Shown: positions 26,405 through 39,521 of the stretch, piece by piece
Numbering within the stretch: the stretch's first letter is position 1
Layout: every line of letters begins with the position of its first letter
NCBI GenBank assembly: GCA_964187785.1
Contig: OZ076409.1
Coordinates: 47,990,001 to 48,054,000, forward strand
Length of the DNA: 64,000 nt
Reading direction: 5' to 3'
From: Amphiscolops sp. MND2022
Lineage: Eukaryota
The notes under the pieces: generated by a model
What the model was told of the DNA's origin: nothing
The model's input: only the letters and a program-made list of their open reading frames with translations
Databases searched by the model: none
Made by a program: the position numbers and the translations under genes

Positions 26405-26476
26405 ATTTAAATGAGGGGTGAAATGAATTTAGGGATGAAATGAACTTGGGATGAAATGAACTTGGGATGAAATGAT
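26405..26476. repeat. Short tandem repeat (GGGATGAAATGAACTT, ~4 units)
   Basis: Directly visible 16-17 bp units. Confidence 0.8.
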
Positions 26477-29344
26477 AGTTTACAATTATTTGACAATGAT
26501 TTTAGTATGTTTACCAGGAGTGATTCTCACCGAATCTGGTTAGTAGTAAAAGATGGCTAGTAAGGCTAACATAGTTGTCGAAGGGACCTTCCGCGAAGTA
26601 AAATTGAACCGATGTCTTTGTCATTGTGACGAGTTTAGTAGAACCATGAAAAGGTAATGCATCAAAATATAAAAGAAAAACAGTTTCTCTATAGATTATC
26701 ACTATAGTTATCTCTTCGAATGAAAATAACGTTTCAGAATTTGTTATCTCACCTCCGCGGGGCAATAAAGACAACGTGTAAACGAGATTTGTTGAAACCG
26801 TTAGCAAACTATCCGTGGAATGAGACAATAAAAACGAAGTTTCATGTTCGATACTATCTGCAAATTTATGTAGCAGCTTGATAAGGAATGAAAATCCATG
26901 ATTCTTCGCCTGCATCCATCAATTTTAGAAGAAAACTAGAAAGGTTAACTGTGAACAGTAAGAGTATTTCAATAACGGAGGTAATTTGCTATCAGCCAAA
27001 GATTCTTCTAGCGATAACAGATACGGTTTAGTAATTACAATAATTAATTTTTGTGAGTATCCTCGGAATGCGAATAGTTCTGTTGTTTCAAAATAAATTA
27101 GCTGACATATCCTGTATCCAAAACTGTTTCTGACCAATAGAAGTTGTGTTAACAAGTATGTTCTGACTGTTGCTTCGGGTGATATTGACTTTGCTCAGTT
27201 GGCGACTAATTGATCTAAATAACCGAACACGAAAAATTCGTTTTTGGGTTTTCGAACACGAAAAGTGAACGTTTGTTTTGCTTCTCAAAACAATGTGGGT
27301 ACAATTGAGTCCGCAGTAGATTTCGCAATGACAGAAACACAGCTATTTTTGAGAGATCTCATTGGACAGATGTTTATTCATGTTTACATAGTGAACAAAT
27401 TGGCAATAAAACAATATTGAAAGGAAGTTTAGGAAGAAAGTTTTTGCAGACTTAATATAGGGATAAGCTTGTTTAATCGCCATATGCTGTTGGAGAAGAG
27501 AAAGAGAAACAAATTATGAATGTCCTGTCTTTTGATTCTCTTACGTCATTAATTGTAAGCAAAATTCTCTTTCTGAATAAATCGGCTCTTCTCTCTTTTG
27601 CCAAAGTCGTTCGTTCTGCTTTCTCTTTCTTCTTTTTCCTATCAGCTTCTTTCCGCTTCATTGGTCACTTGTACATGTTTTTGGACGATATTTGTGTTTC
27701 TAAAATCACCGACTGAAGTAATGACATTGCTATAACAGCTCTTATTCCCTGCACGTTTTTAGTTCAACTCGAATGAAATTCAATTCAACTGCAAGTCAAC
27801 AAAAGCAGCGTCTGCAAATGCTACCATGTCACAACTGGCAGTTCCCGGGAAGAATCCAGGGGGGATGGGGAAGTTTGGAGGGGTAAATTGGTGGTTTTAG
27901 TTGTTATACCAATTGGCCCTGAAACATTTCGCGCTTTGAGGAAATAGACATGACTAAATTTTCGTAATTGAAAATTGAACATTTACCGGCGTCTCCGTTA
28001 TTTCTGGTTTCTCTGCCGGTTTCAGTTGCGGAGGAACCAGCCCAGGGCAATTGGGAAATTTAACAGAAACAAACAAAGTTTACCCCTGTAAAAGTAGACG
28101 TAAACGTGATCAAGTCTGCGTCTAATGTTTTAAGTAAGACTTCCAAGCAAGATTGAACTGGAACATTCATAGATTTCTAACATAGCTCAATGTTTTTTAT
28201 TCCTCTTCTCTCACACAGTGTTCATTCACCGCCCTCTTCAGAACAAGTGAAATAACAAAGCAAATTTACGAACCAACACTATTAGAACTTCACCATTCAA
28301 ACTATTCTCACCATAAAACTCAATATAAGTTCAACACTGTTTAATTAACCGCTTTTAAGCTGCAGGTCAAAAGTTTCGCGAAACCAAGACGGTCGCCGCC
28401 AGAAACACAAACATCTTCGCACGGAAGACTGGATTGATCACATTTTATCGGAATCGTTTTTAATGAAGTGGACAGCATGCGTTTCCTGAAAATGATTTTG
28501 TTGAAGAATTATGGAAAAAACGCTCCGTAATCCACGCCATTATCTTTTTTATTGATGTTCTACACTAGTTGAAATATTGGATTCAATAATTTAAAAACAA
28601 ATCGTCAGTTTCTGTAACGTCCGGCACCCAGCGAAACAAAATTTCGTTGAAATTCAAAAAGTGTGCGATATCAAATAGGACAATGGCCGACCTAGCAGGT
28701 ACCGAAAATCGGAAAAGACGCAAAAAAACGCAAAAAAACCCTCCTCCCCAACCCTGTCCCGACTGTAAAGAAGACACAGACAGAAACCCCAGAAGTGTGA
28801 GAAGATAGAAGATCACAGTTGTGTGCCGTCTTTTCCAGAAAATGTCCTGGAAAACCCGAAAAAGAAGCCAAACCCTTCAATGGTTCACCCCGAAATCTCT
28901 GGAAACTTCATGAAAGATCAGAATGCGTGATTTCCATTGTATTTCAATGTTGATTCATGTCGTTTAGCAGATTTGTGATGGTACCGGATCTAGCAGATCC
29001 CAATTTTGTTGATTTTAGTCTTTATTCTCCGAATTAAATGTATATCAGCGAAACCCTACTTTTGGACCTCGGAGGTATGTATGAGGTCGTAGGAACCTTA
29101 GGATACGCTTTTACAGGCTTGTGAGACGTGTCAGGAATTTGGAGCCTCCTTTGACGCATGGAAAGTCCCCCTAAGAAACCATTTTGGGACAAAAACTGAT
29201 GTCTAGGGCTGTAGTAAGACAACGGTCTGCTGTTTAAGCACCCTGGGCATTATGCCACTTCTATGATGTACGCTGCTAGCTGGACGTTACATTCTAACAA
29301 AATATTGATAACCAAATTTTGCTGTTGCGTGGCTACCGGATTCT

Positions 29345-29490
29345 AATGCACGAAGATTCCATGCAATTCCATGGAACCATATGATCGGCTGAATTCCATG
29401 CAATTCCATGCATGGAACAATGACATTCTTCCTTTCCATACGTTTCCATGCATGGAACCGTACGTTTCCATGCATGGAATCGCATGGAAA
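29345..29490. repeat. TTCCATGCATGGAA palindromic repeat block (probable MITE arm)
   Basis: Repeated attccatgc/catggaa motifs similar in style to the CCC...GGG MITE arms. Confidence 0.55.
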
Positions 29491-30578
29491 GAAAAGGCAA
29501 CAATTTTAAGTAGAAATATCAAATTTCCGGGTAATTATTCAAGAACTTATCAGAAATAGGGTATCCTTGAAACTCAAGGGTTTTGTATTTTCGGAATATG
29601 AACTTGGGGGTGTTGAGAAACATGGTGATCGCATGATGTTTCAGTTCATGTCAGAACCAGCTGACGGATTGAAGGAGCTATGCTGAGTTATCGGAACCAT
29701 AAACTTTAGATACGTGAACTCGTGAAAGTTATATTATATACCAACGCTACAATAATGGGCTAACTCGCTGAACGATAGTTTTGACTTGCGATTACTGACT
29801 TTTACGTTCAAAAAGTTTTAGTCACCTTTTAAAATAACCTGTCTTTCTTGAAAAAGTTGGGGAGATTCTTGATAAGTAATTTGTTTTTGAATTGTGCATG
29901 AAAACATTGGCACAAATTTGAAGCGAGTAGAAGCAGCGAATAACGCAAACTTTTGAACCTACTTGTTTTCCTGCGGAAACATTTTGTTCATTTGTGAATC
30001 TAAATGAAAATACCTATCAAAATTACAATTTTTTTCAAATAGGCGATGAACTCAGTCCCTTCGCTATTTGGTTGAAAGTGTTCAAATGAAAAAAAATGAG
30101 AGCAATCTCAAAAGTTTTTTGCATGTCGATGTTCGAAGAGAAGCTGAAGCCCAATTAAGTCCGAAAAAAACATTCCAGATTGAGATTTCAAAAAGATAAT
30201 GGACAACGCTTTATTGACGATTGTCAATATGTGTGTTACATGATAGGCGCAAGGTGGAACCCAGAGACAGCGGTTTTCCGCCAGCATCGGAAATGAGCGG
30301 ATTTAGCAGAATTGAATGCGCGTAGAAGAAAACGATTTGATTGGCAGAATATTCATTTTCACACATCATTGCATGTTTGGATAACCTAAAATGCTTTGAA
30401 GTGCCTACCATCTACTTAAGCTAGGCAGTGACTTAGTGAATTACGTATCATTGTCAACTCTAAATTTTCATTTCTCTCATTCTTAAGCAATTTGACTCAA
30501 ATTAACTTTATCACGCACCTGCTCACTGTTAATTTAACGCAATCAGTTGTTCTTTTTTTGCAATGTTATGGAATCAAA

Positions 30579-31030
30579 ATGCCTGGACCAAGCCGTGCTA
30601 GTGCAGAACTTCGTGCACCTCAGTTCCAAACGACATTTGATCGTAAGAATATTGCTGACAGAAACGTTATGCTGAGACAAATTACGATGGAAAGTGCGAT
30701 CAAAAGATCGAAATTCGATCAAAGAAGAATGATCGAAATTTGTTATGGATTTCGTTAACATGCGTCTTAATGCAAATATTCCTCTTGAGAAGTGTGAGAA
30801 AATGAAACCCTTCTTCGTCAAACAAACGAAACAATGTGGGATGATGAGGTCAGCTCAAAATTTATGACAGCAGTACGTGCCGAAATGTGCCGATGGAATT
30901 AGACAAAGTTTGAAAACAATGATTCATACTTCAAAGAAAGAAACAAATGTGACGACATAATTGCATATAAATCCACCGACAAAAAAGAGAGATCCATACT
31001 CAATATCGTTTTGAGATTTCAAGAAACATT
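30579..31030 (+). pseudogene. hAT transposase N-terminal remnant with CGGBP1-like domain
   Basis: After a frameshift it reads FVNMRLNANIPLEKCEKMKPFFVKQTKQCG...L*QQYVP, resembling CGGBP1 FVKMCLEANIPLEKAD...LRRAYLP; then STDKKERSILNIV, like the hAT first catalytic DE(S/T)TD region. Confidence 0.7.
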
Positions 31031-31391
31031 TTATTTTTGGATGAACCCGTGAATTTCACCTCTTTTTCGTAGTGTTTGAACAATGTTTTGAAGTTTGAAC
31101 TCCCGACATGAGTCTTTTTTCTTGTGAATGATAGCGCTTCGTACTGTCAAAAATCTTACAAAGAATTTCTTTCGAAAAGGTTCCCGAAATGACAGAGTAA
31201 CGAAAACCATCTATATTATGAAGTATGCGTAGTAGTGTAAACCAAAAACGCTTTTTTTTAAAAAAAAGTAAGAAACTGCTTGAAAAAAGTATTATCAGAT
31301 TTAGTCGAGCTCTTGAAAACACTTCCAATTGGTTGTGAAATTCCGTCCTCTTTTTATTTAGGACATTTCCATCTTCGAAAAATTCTCCAAG

Positions 31392-31690
31392 AAACGTTAT
31401 ATCTGGTATACGTTATATCCGGAGTTCGTTATATCCGGTTTGCACTAAATCCTGGGTTGTGTCCTTATATCCGGTATACATTAGTTTCGGAATTCGTTAT
31501 ATCCGGTTTGCGTTATGTCCGGTATGGGTTGTGTTGTTATATCCGGTATACGTAATATCGGGTATTCGTTATGTCCGGTTTGTGGTAAATTCGGTGTGGA
31601 TTGTTACTGTCGATGGGGACTCCTTAGACCTTTTTACAGCTTCGAAAAATTCTCCAGGAAACGTTATAATATCCGGTATACGTTACAGCT
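31392..31690. repeat. GTTATATCCGG tandem array (MITE arm)
   Basis: About ten cgttat(a/g)tccgg units. Confidence 0.8.
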
Positions 31691-32009
31691 TATAATATCT
31701 GTCACTTCGTTGGTCTTAAAAAAGCCACTACTATAGTCGTCCCTTTCTACGAAAGCTCCAACTAAAAAAACCCTCCCATGTAGCCAACACGCTATATCCG
31801 TTAGCGTTTTTAGCGCAATTTTTAACCGTTTTCAGAGCACAAAAGAACCCTTTAGGGGCTATTTTAAAAACTTTTCGCTTTTTGAGCCCTCAGTGGGGCG
31901 CCGCTTGAGACGTTCCCGTCTTATTCCATTACTCCTACAGTATGCTATATCGTTTGCGAGAACACGGTTCTAAAACTTGATTCGAAAACTAATCCGGTTT
32001 GTTTTGTAG

Positions 32010-32179
32010 CTTACACCAGAGGTGGGCCCGGCCAGATAAGATACCTGCCGCGACTGGATCCCAGGGGATACCCCATGTCGTCTGCCTTCTATGGGACAGG
32101 CATCTACACCGCACGGCCAGAAGGTTGGTTCGACAGACATATCCAGAAAGAGACGTACGAGAAACAAAGCGAAGAGTGA
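32010..32179 (+). CDS. Probable terminal exon of an unidentified host gene
   Basis: Branch-like ACTAAT plus acceptor tttgttttgtag|; GC-rich open frame YTRGGPGQIRYLPRLDPRGYPMSSAFYGTGIYTARPEGWFDRHIQKETYEKQSEE*. Not in the ORF track because it has no start codon. Confidence 0.55.
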
Positions 32180-33742
32180 AACACAGCTATTGGAATTGTT
32201 TAGGTTTGTGGTCTTCTTTCCTTTAGAAACAAAGCGACGCAGAATATTGACTAAAAACTGTTCGATTTCCGGAAATTCGCACGTTACACTGCTCCAAATT
32301 CAGGTGGCAAATGACCATAAAGTTTGCTACGCGCTATTCCAATATTGCAATTCAAAGAAAAGTCTCAAAGCCAAGCGTGCCATTTTAAACCAAGGGTAAA
32401 AGGACATTAAAATTTAATCAATTTTACAGCACGAAAAAATACCCGATGGGATACGCATAAGTCTCGAAAACCATTCTTCCCCAAATGGAAACAGCAAAAA
32501 ACCCATCTTTCTTAACGGAACACCTTTAAAAAACAGAAAATTGAGGAAAAAAATTCGAAATTTTTTTTATGGTCACCGGTAAGTCGCATAATGCCGAAAA
32601 CCTTGAGCAGTCCTTAACGCTCGCAAAACGTTTCGTTTCTTGTAAAAATTGAGGAGGGGCTTCGGTGAAAACAAATTTTAAAAAAAAGTCGCATAGAAAA
32701 AACATCGGTCTTTAAAAAAAAACAAAAATCGGACATAGCGAGATGGGCCTGGGAAAACTTTATTTTAAGACGAACATTGTTCCTATTGAAAAATCGCACA
32801 ATGCCGAAAACTGTAAAAGGGGGCCCTTTGAGATTTTTTAACATGCATTCTGTTGAAAAAAATGAAGGAGGAAGCTAAATAGAGCTTTAAAAAATCTGTC
32901 ACCTTGTTAGTCTTTAAAATTCAACTATTTAATACAGTAGTGTGGACAGGCACTAAATCATGAGACGAAAATGGGAATTTCCATGCGGGAAAAATCAACA
33001 TGTACATTGAACATATGAAACCAAATTCTCACAAACTACCCCTTTTGTATCAAAAAGTTATTTGCTGAATTTTGATAAGTTCCCAAATTACAAATTCATC
33101 CTCCCCCTTTTTTTCAGGACCTTCTATTGCATAAAAATTGTTACGGATGTCCACTTGAATTACGGATGTGCAAAACATACTCGGAACGTCAGAACCTTGT
33201 CCAACACAAAACCGACGTCCAGAACCTCGAAAACATAGTGAGGATCCCCGTTTCACTATCTTGGTGTTCTCAATTTAGATTTTTCGGCACTATGAATTTT
33301 TTTCGATAACTTTGATTGCACCAAAAGGTACCTCTTCAGTTTTTGCCATTTTGCAACAGGAAGGATGTTAAAAATCACAAATGGTCCAAATCACAAAGTC
33401 TATGCGGATTTTGGAGGCGGAGGATTGAAAACATTGCGGTATCATACGCACCATGACGATTCTCTGAAACATACATGTACATAGTACGTTAAAAACATAA
33501 TACGTTAAGGCTCTTTTCTGTTCCTACCAATGTGAATTCACGCATGTAATTATACAAATTAGTCAAATTAGTGTACATGTAAACCAGTCAAAATGAATAG
33601 TGTGAAACAGTCAACCTAATTACCGACTGCAATTACAATGTGAAGCGTTTCTGTTAAATAAGAAACCAATACGATGTATCGTTTCTTTGGTGTAAAGTAG
33701 TCAAACTTTGATCATTTTCCCCGTTTTCAATGAATGATAATT

Positions 33743-33908
33743 CTAAGTACTCGAAAAGTGAATTCTAGTCAAACATTGACTAATTTACGTGGTAGATAGA
33801 TCTAAGTACTCGAAAAGTGAATTCTAGTCAAACATTGACGAATTCACGTGGTAGATAGCTCTAAGTACTCGAAAAGTGAATTCTAGTCAAACATTGACTA
33901 GTTTACGC
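33743..33908. repeat. 59-bp tandem repeat (~2.8 copies) with internal inverted repeat TAGTCAA-aca-TTGACTA
   Basis: Units start at 33743, 33802 and 33861; isolated TAGTCAAA motifs also occur nearby. Confidence 0.9.
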
Positions 33909-36900
33909 TTTATACACGTTACGGAATTGAGCCAATTGTAGGTTGAAATTCTTGACTGGTTTCCATTTTTCTCTAATTACGCTCAATGACCAAAATCTGC
34001 ATTTTCTGATTACACTGTGCGTCAAAGTTCACGATGAACACATTGCCATGTTTGACTAGAATACGATTCGTACTCGTTTTACGGAAAATACACTTTACAC
34101 TTGATGATAAATTCCACTTTTGCGCCATATGTATCGTAATGATATTCGAACTTTTGACTTGATATCCGAACTATATTTCGTTTAACTGAGGAGAAGACAG
34201 AGTTTCAAAAACAAGCGCCCCATTTGTTCTGAAGCGTTTTCCAAGCACTAAAGGCTTTTTCTTGAGCACGAAAGGCACTTTTTCCGAGCACTGACGGCCA
34301 TTCCGAGCGTTTTCTCTTGAATGTTTTGAATCTTTTTTGTGAGTTTCTTAAACAAACGTTTGTGATTTTAGAGCCTTAGGTATAGCGCCGACTTGAGAGT
34401 TCCCGTCTTGTTACTCAAATGTGATAGGCATGCAAAAATCTATTGGTTCAACGTTTTCGAGAAAACTGGAGGCAGAGAGGACTCATAATTCGCCTACGAA
34501 GTACAAAAGAAACATGTTTTTGGTTTAAACATATTTGTGAGTTGTATTTACTCTACGACCCTGGAACTTCAAAAGTAATAAACAAGACGCCCGCTTGAAC
34601 CAGGATATTTTCCGCCTTCCACTGTCTAACAATAGACGCCTATCGAAAAATTCCCCCTCGGTAAAGCGCCAATTCTTTCGGAATTATTCTCAAAGTTCGG
34701 ATTATGCGCAATCAATCTTTTCGAACAACAACCACCACCACTTTTCGAACAACAACCACCATTTTGTTGTTTCTGATGCAATTTATGTACATTTTCCGAG
34801 AGATTTCATTCTACGTTCGAACCCAATCAAGTCAACAACTAAAAAACGAGCTATGCAATACACTTTTGAAGAGAGCTTTGCATCGTTTTGCTTCAAAAAC
34901 ACTTCAGAATGACTCCAGAGTAGTCAAAAATATTCAACATTCTGGTTTTTGTGCAACTTGTGTACTTTTTGAATTGTTTTGGAGTCAGAATGTTGGCAAA
35001 AGTTCAAAAAGACTAAACTCATAATCCAGTAGGCTTTTAGAGAAATATTTGCAGGTATCGGTTGGAAATGTCTCAAAATTGACCGCAAAGTGTCGAATTT
35101 TTTGTCGTTTCTCATTTTCAGTGAATTTTTATTTGAGATTGGAGAATTTCGGTTAAAAAAAGCTTTGAAAAACTCCGATGATAAAACTAAATCCGAAACA
35201 CGTTTCAAAGAAAATGCCTGTTTTATGGTCGAAAGTTTCCTCAGAATGGCCCAAATGTTGGAAAAACAGGAAATTACTTCAATCAGAAATACCACAGGCT
35301 CAATATTAAAATATGTAGCTACCGGTAGTGTTTCCAAAAGATATCGAACAAATTTGTTAGCACAACTTTCAAAAACTTCACTTGAAAACGTAAATTTTGA
35401 CTTCATTTGTCCAATATATAAATTTCAAAAACCTCCAAGCAAAATCACTAGATATGGAGTATGGAGTACACCTTCCAAAGGAAGATGTTTCGAGCTACTT
35501 CGTGGGTTAGATTGGTGTATATTTTTGACAACAGCCAAACTCGGTGTCCAGTAGGTTTTATTTTGAAGAGACATTTGTAGATTCATGTTAGAAAAGTTCC
35601 TCAAATTGACACTGAAATTGTCAAAACTATTTTCAATTTTTGACACTTCTGGTGAAACTATGTGCAAAACTTTAACAAACGGGGATCGCTCAACTTTCCT
35701 AAATTGGCAAGGGACCTAGTTTGAAGCTTTTACCATTTTCTCAGTGCCAAAAATTACCTCAAGAAATACGCCTGAGATCAGGAAACTACTGTTCGCCCAT
35801 CAGGAATCACAAAAAATCCAATTTTTTATATTTTTTTCCGGTGAAAATCAATAATGGCGAAAAAAATAGCAGCTCGCAAAACTACCTTTCTCAAACTGAA
35901 ATCAGCCATGAAGGCAAGGGGGTACTCTTTGACCAATTGAAAGTTTCCGAAAGACGCACAGAGTCGAAAAATTGAATTGAGGTGATTTCCACAATCAAGG
36001 AGAAACGTCGTCAGTTCCATATGATCAAAACTAACAAACAAGTCACCCTCAACACTCGAGAAACCTATTTCGTTTACAGAAAACGTTCTCGGTAAGTCGC
36101 ACAGTGCCGAAAAAACTAAAAGTGGCCAGCTATCGCAGAATTTATAAATCAGGGGTTTTCTTTAAAATGGGCTAAGATGAATAAAAACTTTGTTTTCTTC
36201 CAATTTCTTTGCGTTTTTATTGTGCATTAGCTATTCTTGGGCCTCAAATTTCTGTAGTTGTAGAACAGTTTGGGGAGGAAAATATCTCGCTGCTCAGCGG
36301 GCGTGTTGGTAAACAAACTCAAACAAACTTACGTTTTAACTAGTACTAGTCTATCCTTACATATTCGTTTCAGTGGGAATATTTATGTTGAGAGCGAATA
36401 GATTTTTACAGACAGATGGTTTTTTTTTACAAAAGATAGTGAACGTTTGTTTGAAATTTAGTGAAAATTTTTGACTCAACATTGAACGAAAAACCTTCAT
36501 TTTCAAGTTTGTTCTCAGTTCGGCAATTCAGGATCCAGACACAAACTTTATTAACTTTATGTTTTCCTATGGAGTCACGCATTATTGTTAGGAAATGAAC
36601 AGCTTCTTCGTTTTGAGTCACGAAAAACTTACTTGGATTAGAATTTTAGATTACGTCTTATAATGATGACATTAGGGGTCATTTTTCAGAACAATTAACA
36701 CATTTTGCTCCATTGGATATGGTTGTTTAGAGATTAACAAATCAAGCTAGGTTTCAAAATCAGTAATCAACCTACAGAATGCTACTAAATTAAAGGCAGT
36801 ATTCTTTTCATATTGTAACAATTAGAAAATTGTTACTCACTTTTCATTGTTACAAATTGAAAAATCAAATAAATTTTCACAAATTGCTAATTAGATGAGT

Positions 36901-39496
36901 CATAACGGGCAAAAACTTTGGTATAAATTCATCGTATTGTAGGTGAAATAAATTTATGGCAATGATTAGCTTTCAATTCGATCAGGGAGCAAAAGAATAG
37001 ACGCAATGACTAAAAAGTTGTCGGTGAATGACGTCAAATAGTTTCTTAATTCCGATGAAAGTAGAAGCGAAAGAAGATAGGAAAAAGGCGGACATGTAAA
37101 GTTAGTTCTTGTGAAATGTTGTTCAAAGTGTTCAAACAACAAAGAAGCTGTGAAGGTTCGTTCGGCTGAGGTAGTTATAGTTATACTGCTACCGCTGCTG
37201 CAGTAGAGGCTGCTGTGTTGACGAGAAAAGTGTTGAAATAGGGATCAAAAAAGTTTGAAGGGGAATTGAGACCGAAGCAAAAGCAACAGTTGGATAATTA
37301 GGCCAAGTTGGAGCTTGGAGAATGACTGGGGCTGTCACGTCACATGCCGGCAGAAGACAGCCAATATCAGTGTTGTTTGGTGGCGCAGACAGTCTTGCCT
37401 GTCATCTACCTACAAAGGTCGGCAGGGAGTCAGCGCCATCAAGGAAAAAAGAAGGAAAACTAAGAGGGGGGGTTGGAAGACCCAAGTTAAAATTGTGAAG
37501 GTGCAACTTCTCTGTCTTCCTAGCTGTTTTTTATTTCTCTGCTGGAGAAGCTGAAGAAAAAATGTAAAAAAAAGTCAGAAACGAGAAGCGGGTGACTAAC
37601 TTTGGATCAGCTGAACAGTCAGCAAGGTGCGGCGCGGCGACTGGCCTGAGAATAAAGAAGGAGGGTTGTATTGCTGCTTAACAACGTTGAAAGACCAGCA
37701 ACAATTAGGAAAGGAAAGTAACTATGTTTGCATCAGATGAATTCACCCACGAAAACATAAACAAAACAAAGTGAAGAATGAGAAGAAGAACGAGAAAGAG
37801 AAGATAGAAGTTTAAACGTGCTAAGACTGGCTAAAGATGGTAAGAAAAGGTAAGAAAGCATGAAGTACCATGGATCAGTGATTGCATGGATGGGTGGGTA
37901 GAGGGCAGGGGACAGGTAACTGAGGCAAGAGAGTTGAGAAGCTGCTGGTTGTTAATAACAAAATTGAATTTCAACCGAAGAAACAAACAGTCATTTTCAA
38001 TTTCTACAAACTGCATTCCTTTGAAAAAGGACGAAGACGCATTGTGGATAAATTGATTGCATCAGGCGACGTGTCATGTCCACTTTCATTCCAGCCCACT
38101 GTCAAATTGATACGACAAAAGGGACGGACAAGGGCACGGTGTAAAACACGGGTTGGGGGAGGGTTACAGGGAGGTCAATCTATCACAACCAATCACAGCG
38201 ATCCAGATTAGCCTGAGATCGGCTACTGCTGCGTCTCATTCTGTGCCGCTGAATTTGTTCACTGCACCCCGAGTCACTCCGTTGGTTCTCTGATATCAAT
38301 TAGTGAGAGAAACTAATAAGGGGATATGGGAAAGACGGGATGGTAGATGGGTAGATAGATGGGTTGATATTTAGAGGCTAACAGCCCGAGTGACGTTGGC
38401 TGTGATGAAGATGATAATGACCATGATGAAAGAGATCAACTAGACGTATATATCTGTTTGAGATGAATCCATATGTGTACATATGTGAGGGGATAAGAAT
38501 ACTAGCAATGAGGTGATTAAAGAAGGTAGAGAAGTTATCGTCAGAATGGGGGGTCACATGGGTTAGTTGGTACCTTGGTTGTATGACTGATTGGTTGGCT
38601 GGTTGTTATGGTTCTGCAGCAGACAATTATTACCCGTGACAGGTGAGGAGGCCACCTATTGATGCTGTACCCCCACAACCTTTCTCCTCTCTTTTTTCTC
38701 TTCCTCTCTGTCTTCTTTTCTTCTCCGGCGACTGCTCAACTCAAGGCAACAACTGAGAAGTAACAAGAAACAGTAGGAGAAAGAGCAGTCAGTTGTAATG
38801 GTGCTACTTGTGATGGTCTACCTGGTGCAATGCTGGTTATTGATTTGGGTTGGTCTGCCTACTCAAATTAGCACACAACTTGAGCTCTAATCTAATTTTG
38901 AGATCTCTTCTCCCACGGGAGGAGTACTGCAACTAGATAGCTGCTAATGCCACTGCAACCAGAAGCACCACACCATGCTACGACCAGGCTGCTACAACAA
39001 GGGTAGCTGGTAGTAAGACGGGTAGCAGGTAGCGACAGCAACAGCACAGCCTTTACCCGGCATAACGAGGCATTATCATGGTACACACTATCATCGTCAT
39101 CAGCATCATCATTGACCCAGCCGTAATCACCACTAGTTGCAAAATCTAACTAGCCAACCTGTATAACTTGATACATTTTCATATCCAATATCTCTTTATT
39201 TTCCAACCCAGGGCTACTCATTTGGAGAGAAAAAAGGAATAAAAAACAAGAGAAGAAAGAAAAAAGGGAAAAATAAAATAGAGAGCACGCAGATCATTTG
39301 CCATAAAACCCCCTATCTAGAAGGCCCATCTTAGGCCACACCAGCAGCTAAGCCGCCCAAGCCAGCGATGTCGCACTTATATCTGCATCATTTCATTTAT
39401 CAACCATTCATCCATCTATTTAACAAACTAGTTAACTAGCAGCTAACTATCTTGCCTCCGCTTTTGCCATTCCATTTTTTTTACTCAACGCTATGA

Positions 39497-39521
39497 AGAG
39501 AGAGAGAGAGAGAGAGAGAGA
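39497..39521. repeat. (AG)12 microsatellite
   Basis: Direct. Confidence 0.95.

Noticed and set aside
29039..29291. Possible small solo LTR (TGTA...TACA)
   Set aside because: No target-site duplication and no second copy in the window.
33743..33908. CRISPR-like regular repeats
   Set aside because: Units are contiguous near-identical 59-mers with no unique spacers; eukaryotic context and no cas genes.
34924..35667. 150-160 aa overlapping ORFs
   Set aside because: They lie in the AT-rich ~180-bp array family, have no motifs, and are open on both strands by chance.
37163..37200. let-7-like TGAGGTAGT in a small hairpin
   Set aside because: Only the seed region matches and the stem-loop (~38 nt) is too short for a pre-miRNA.
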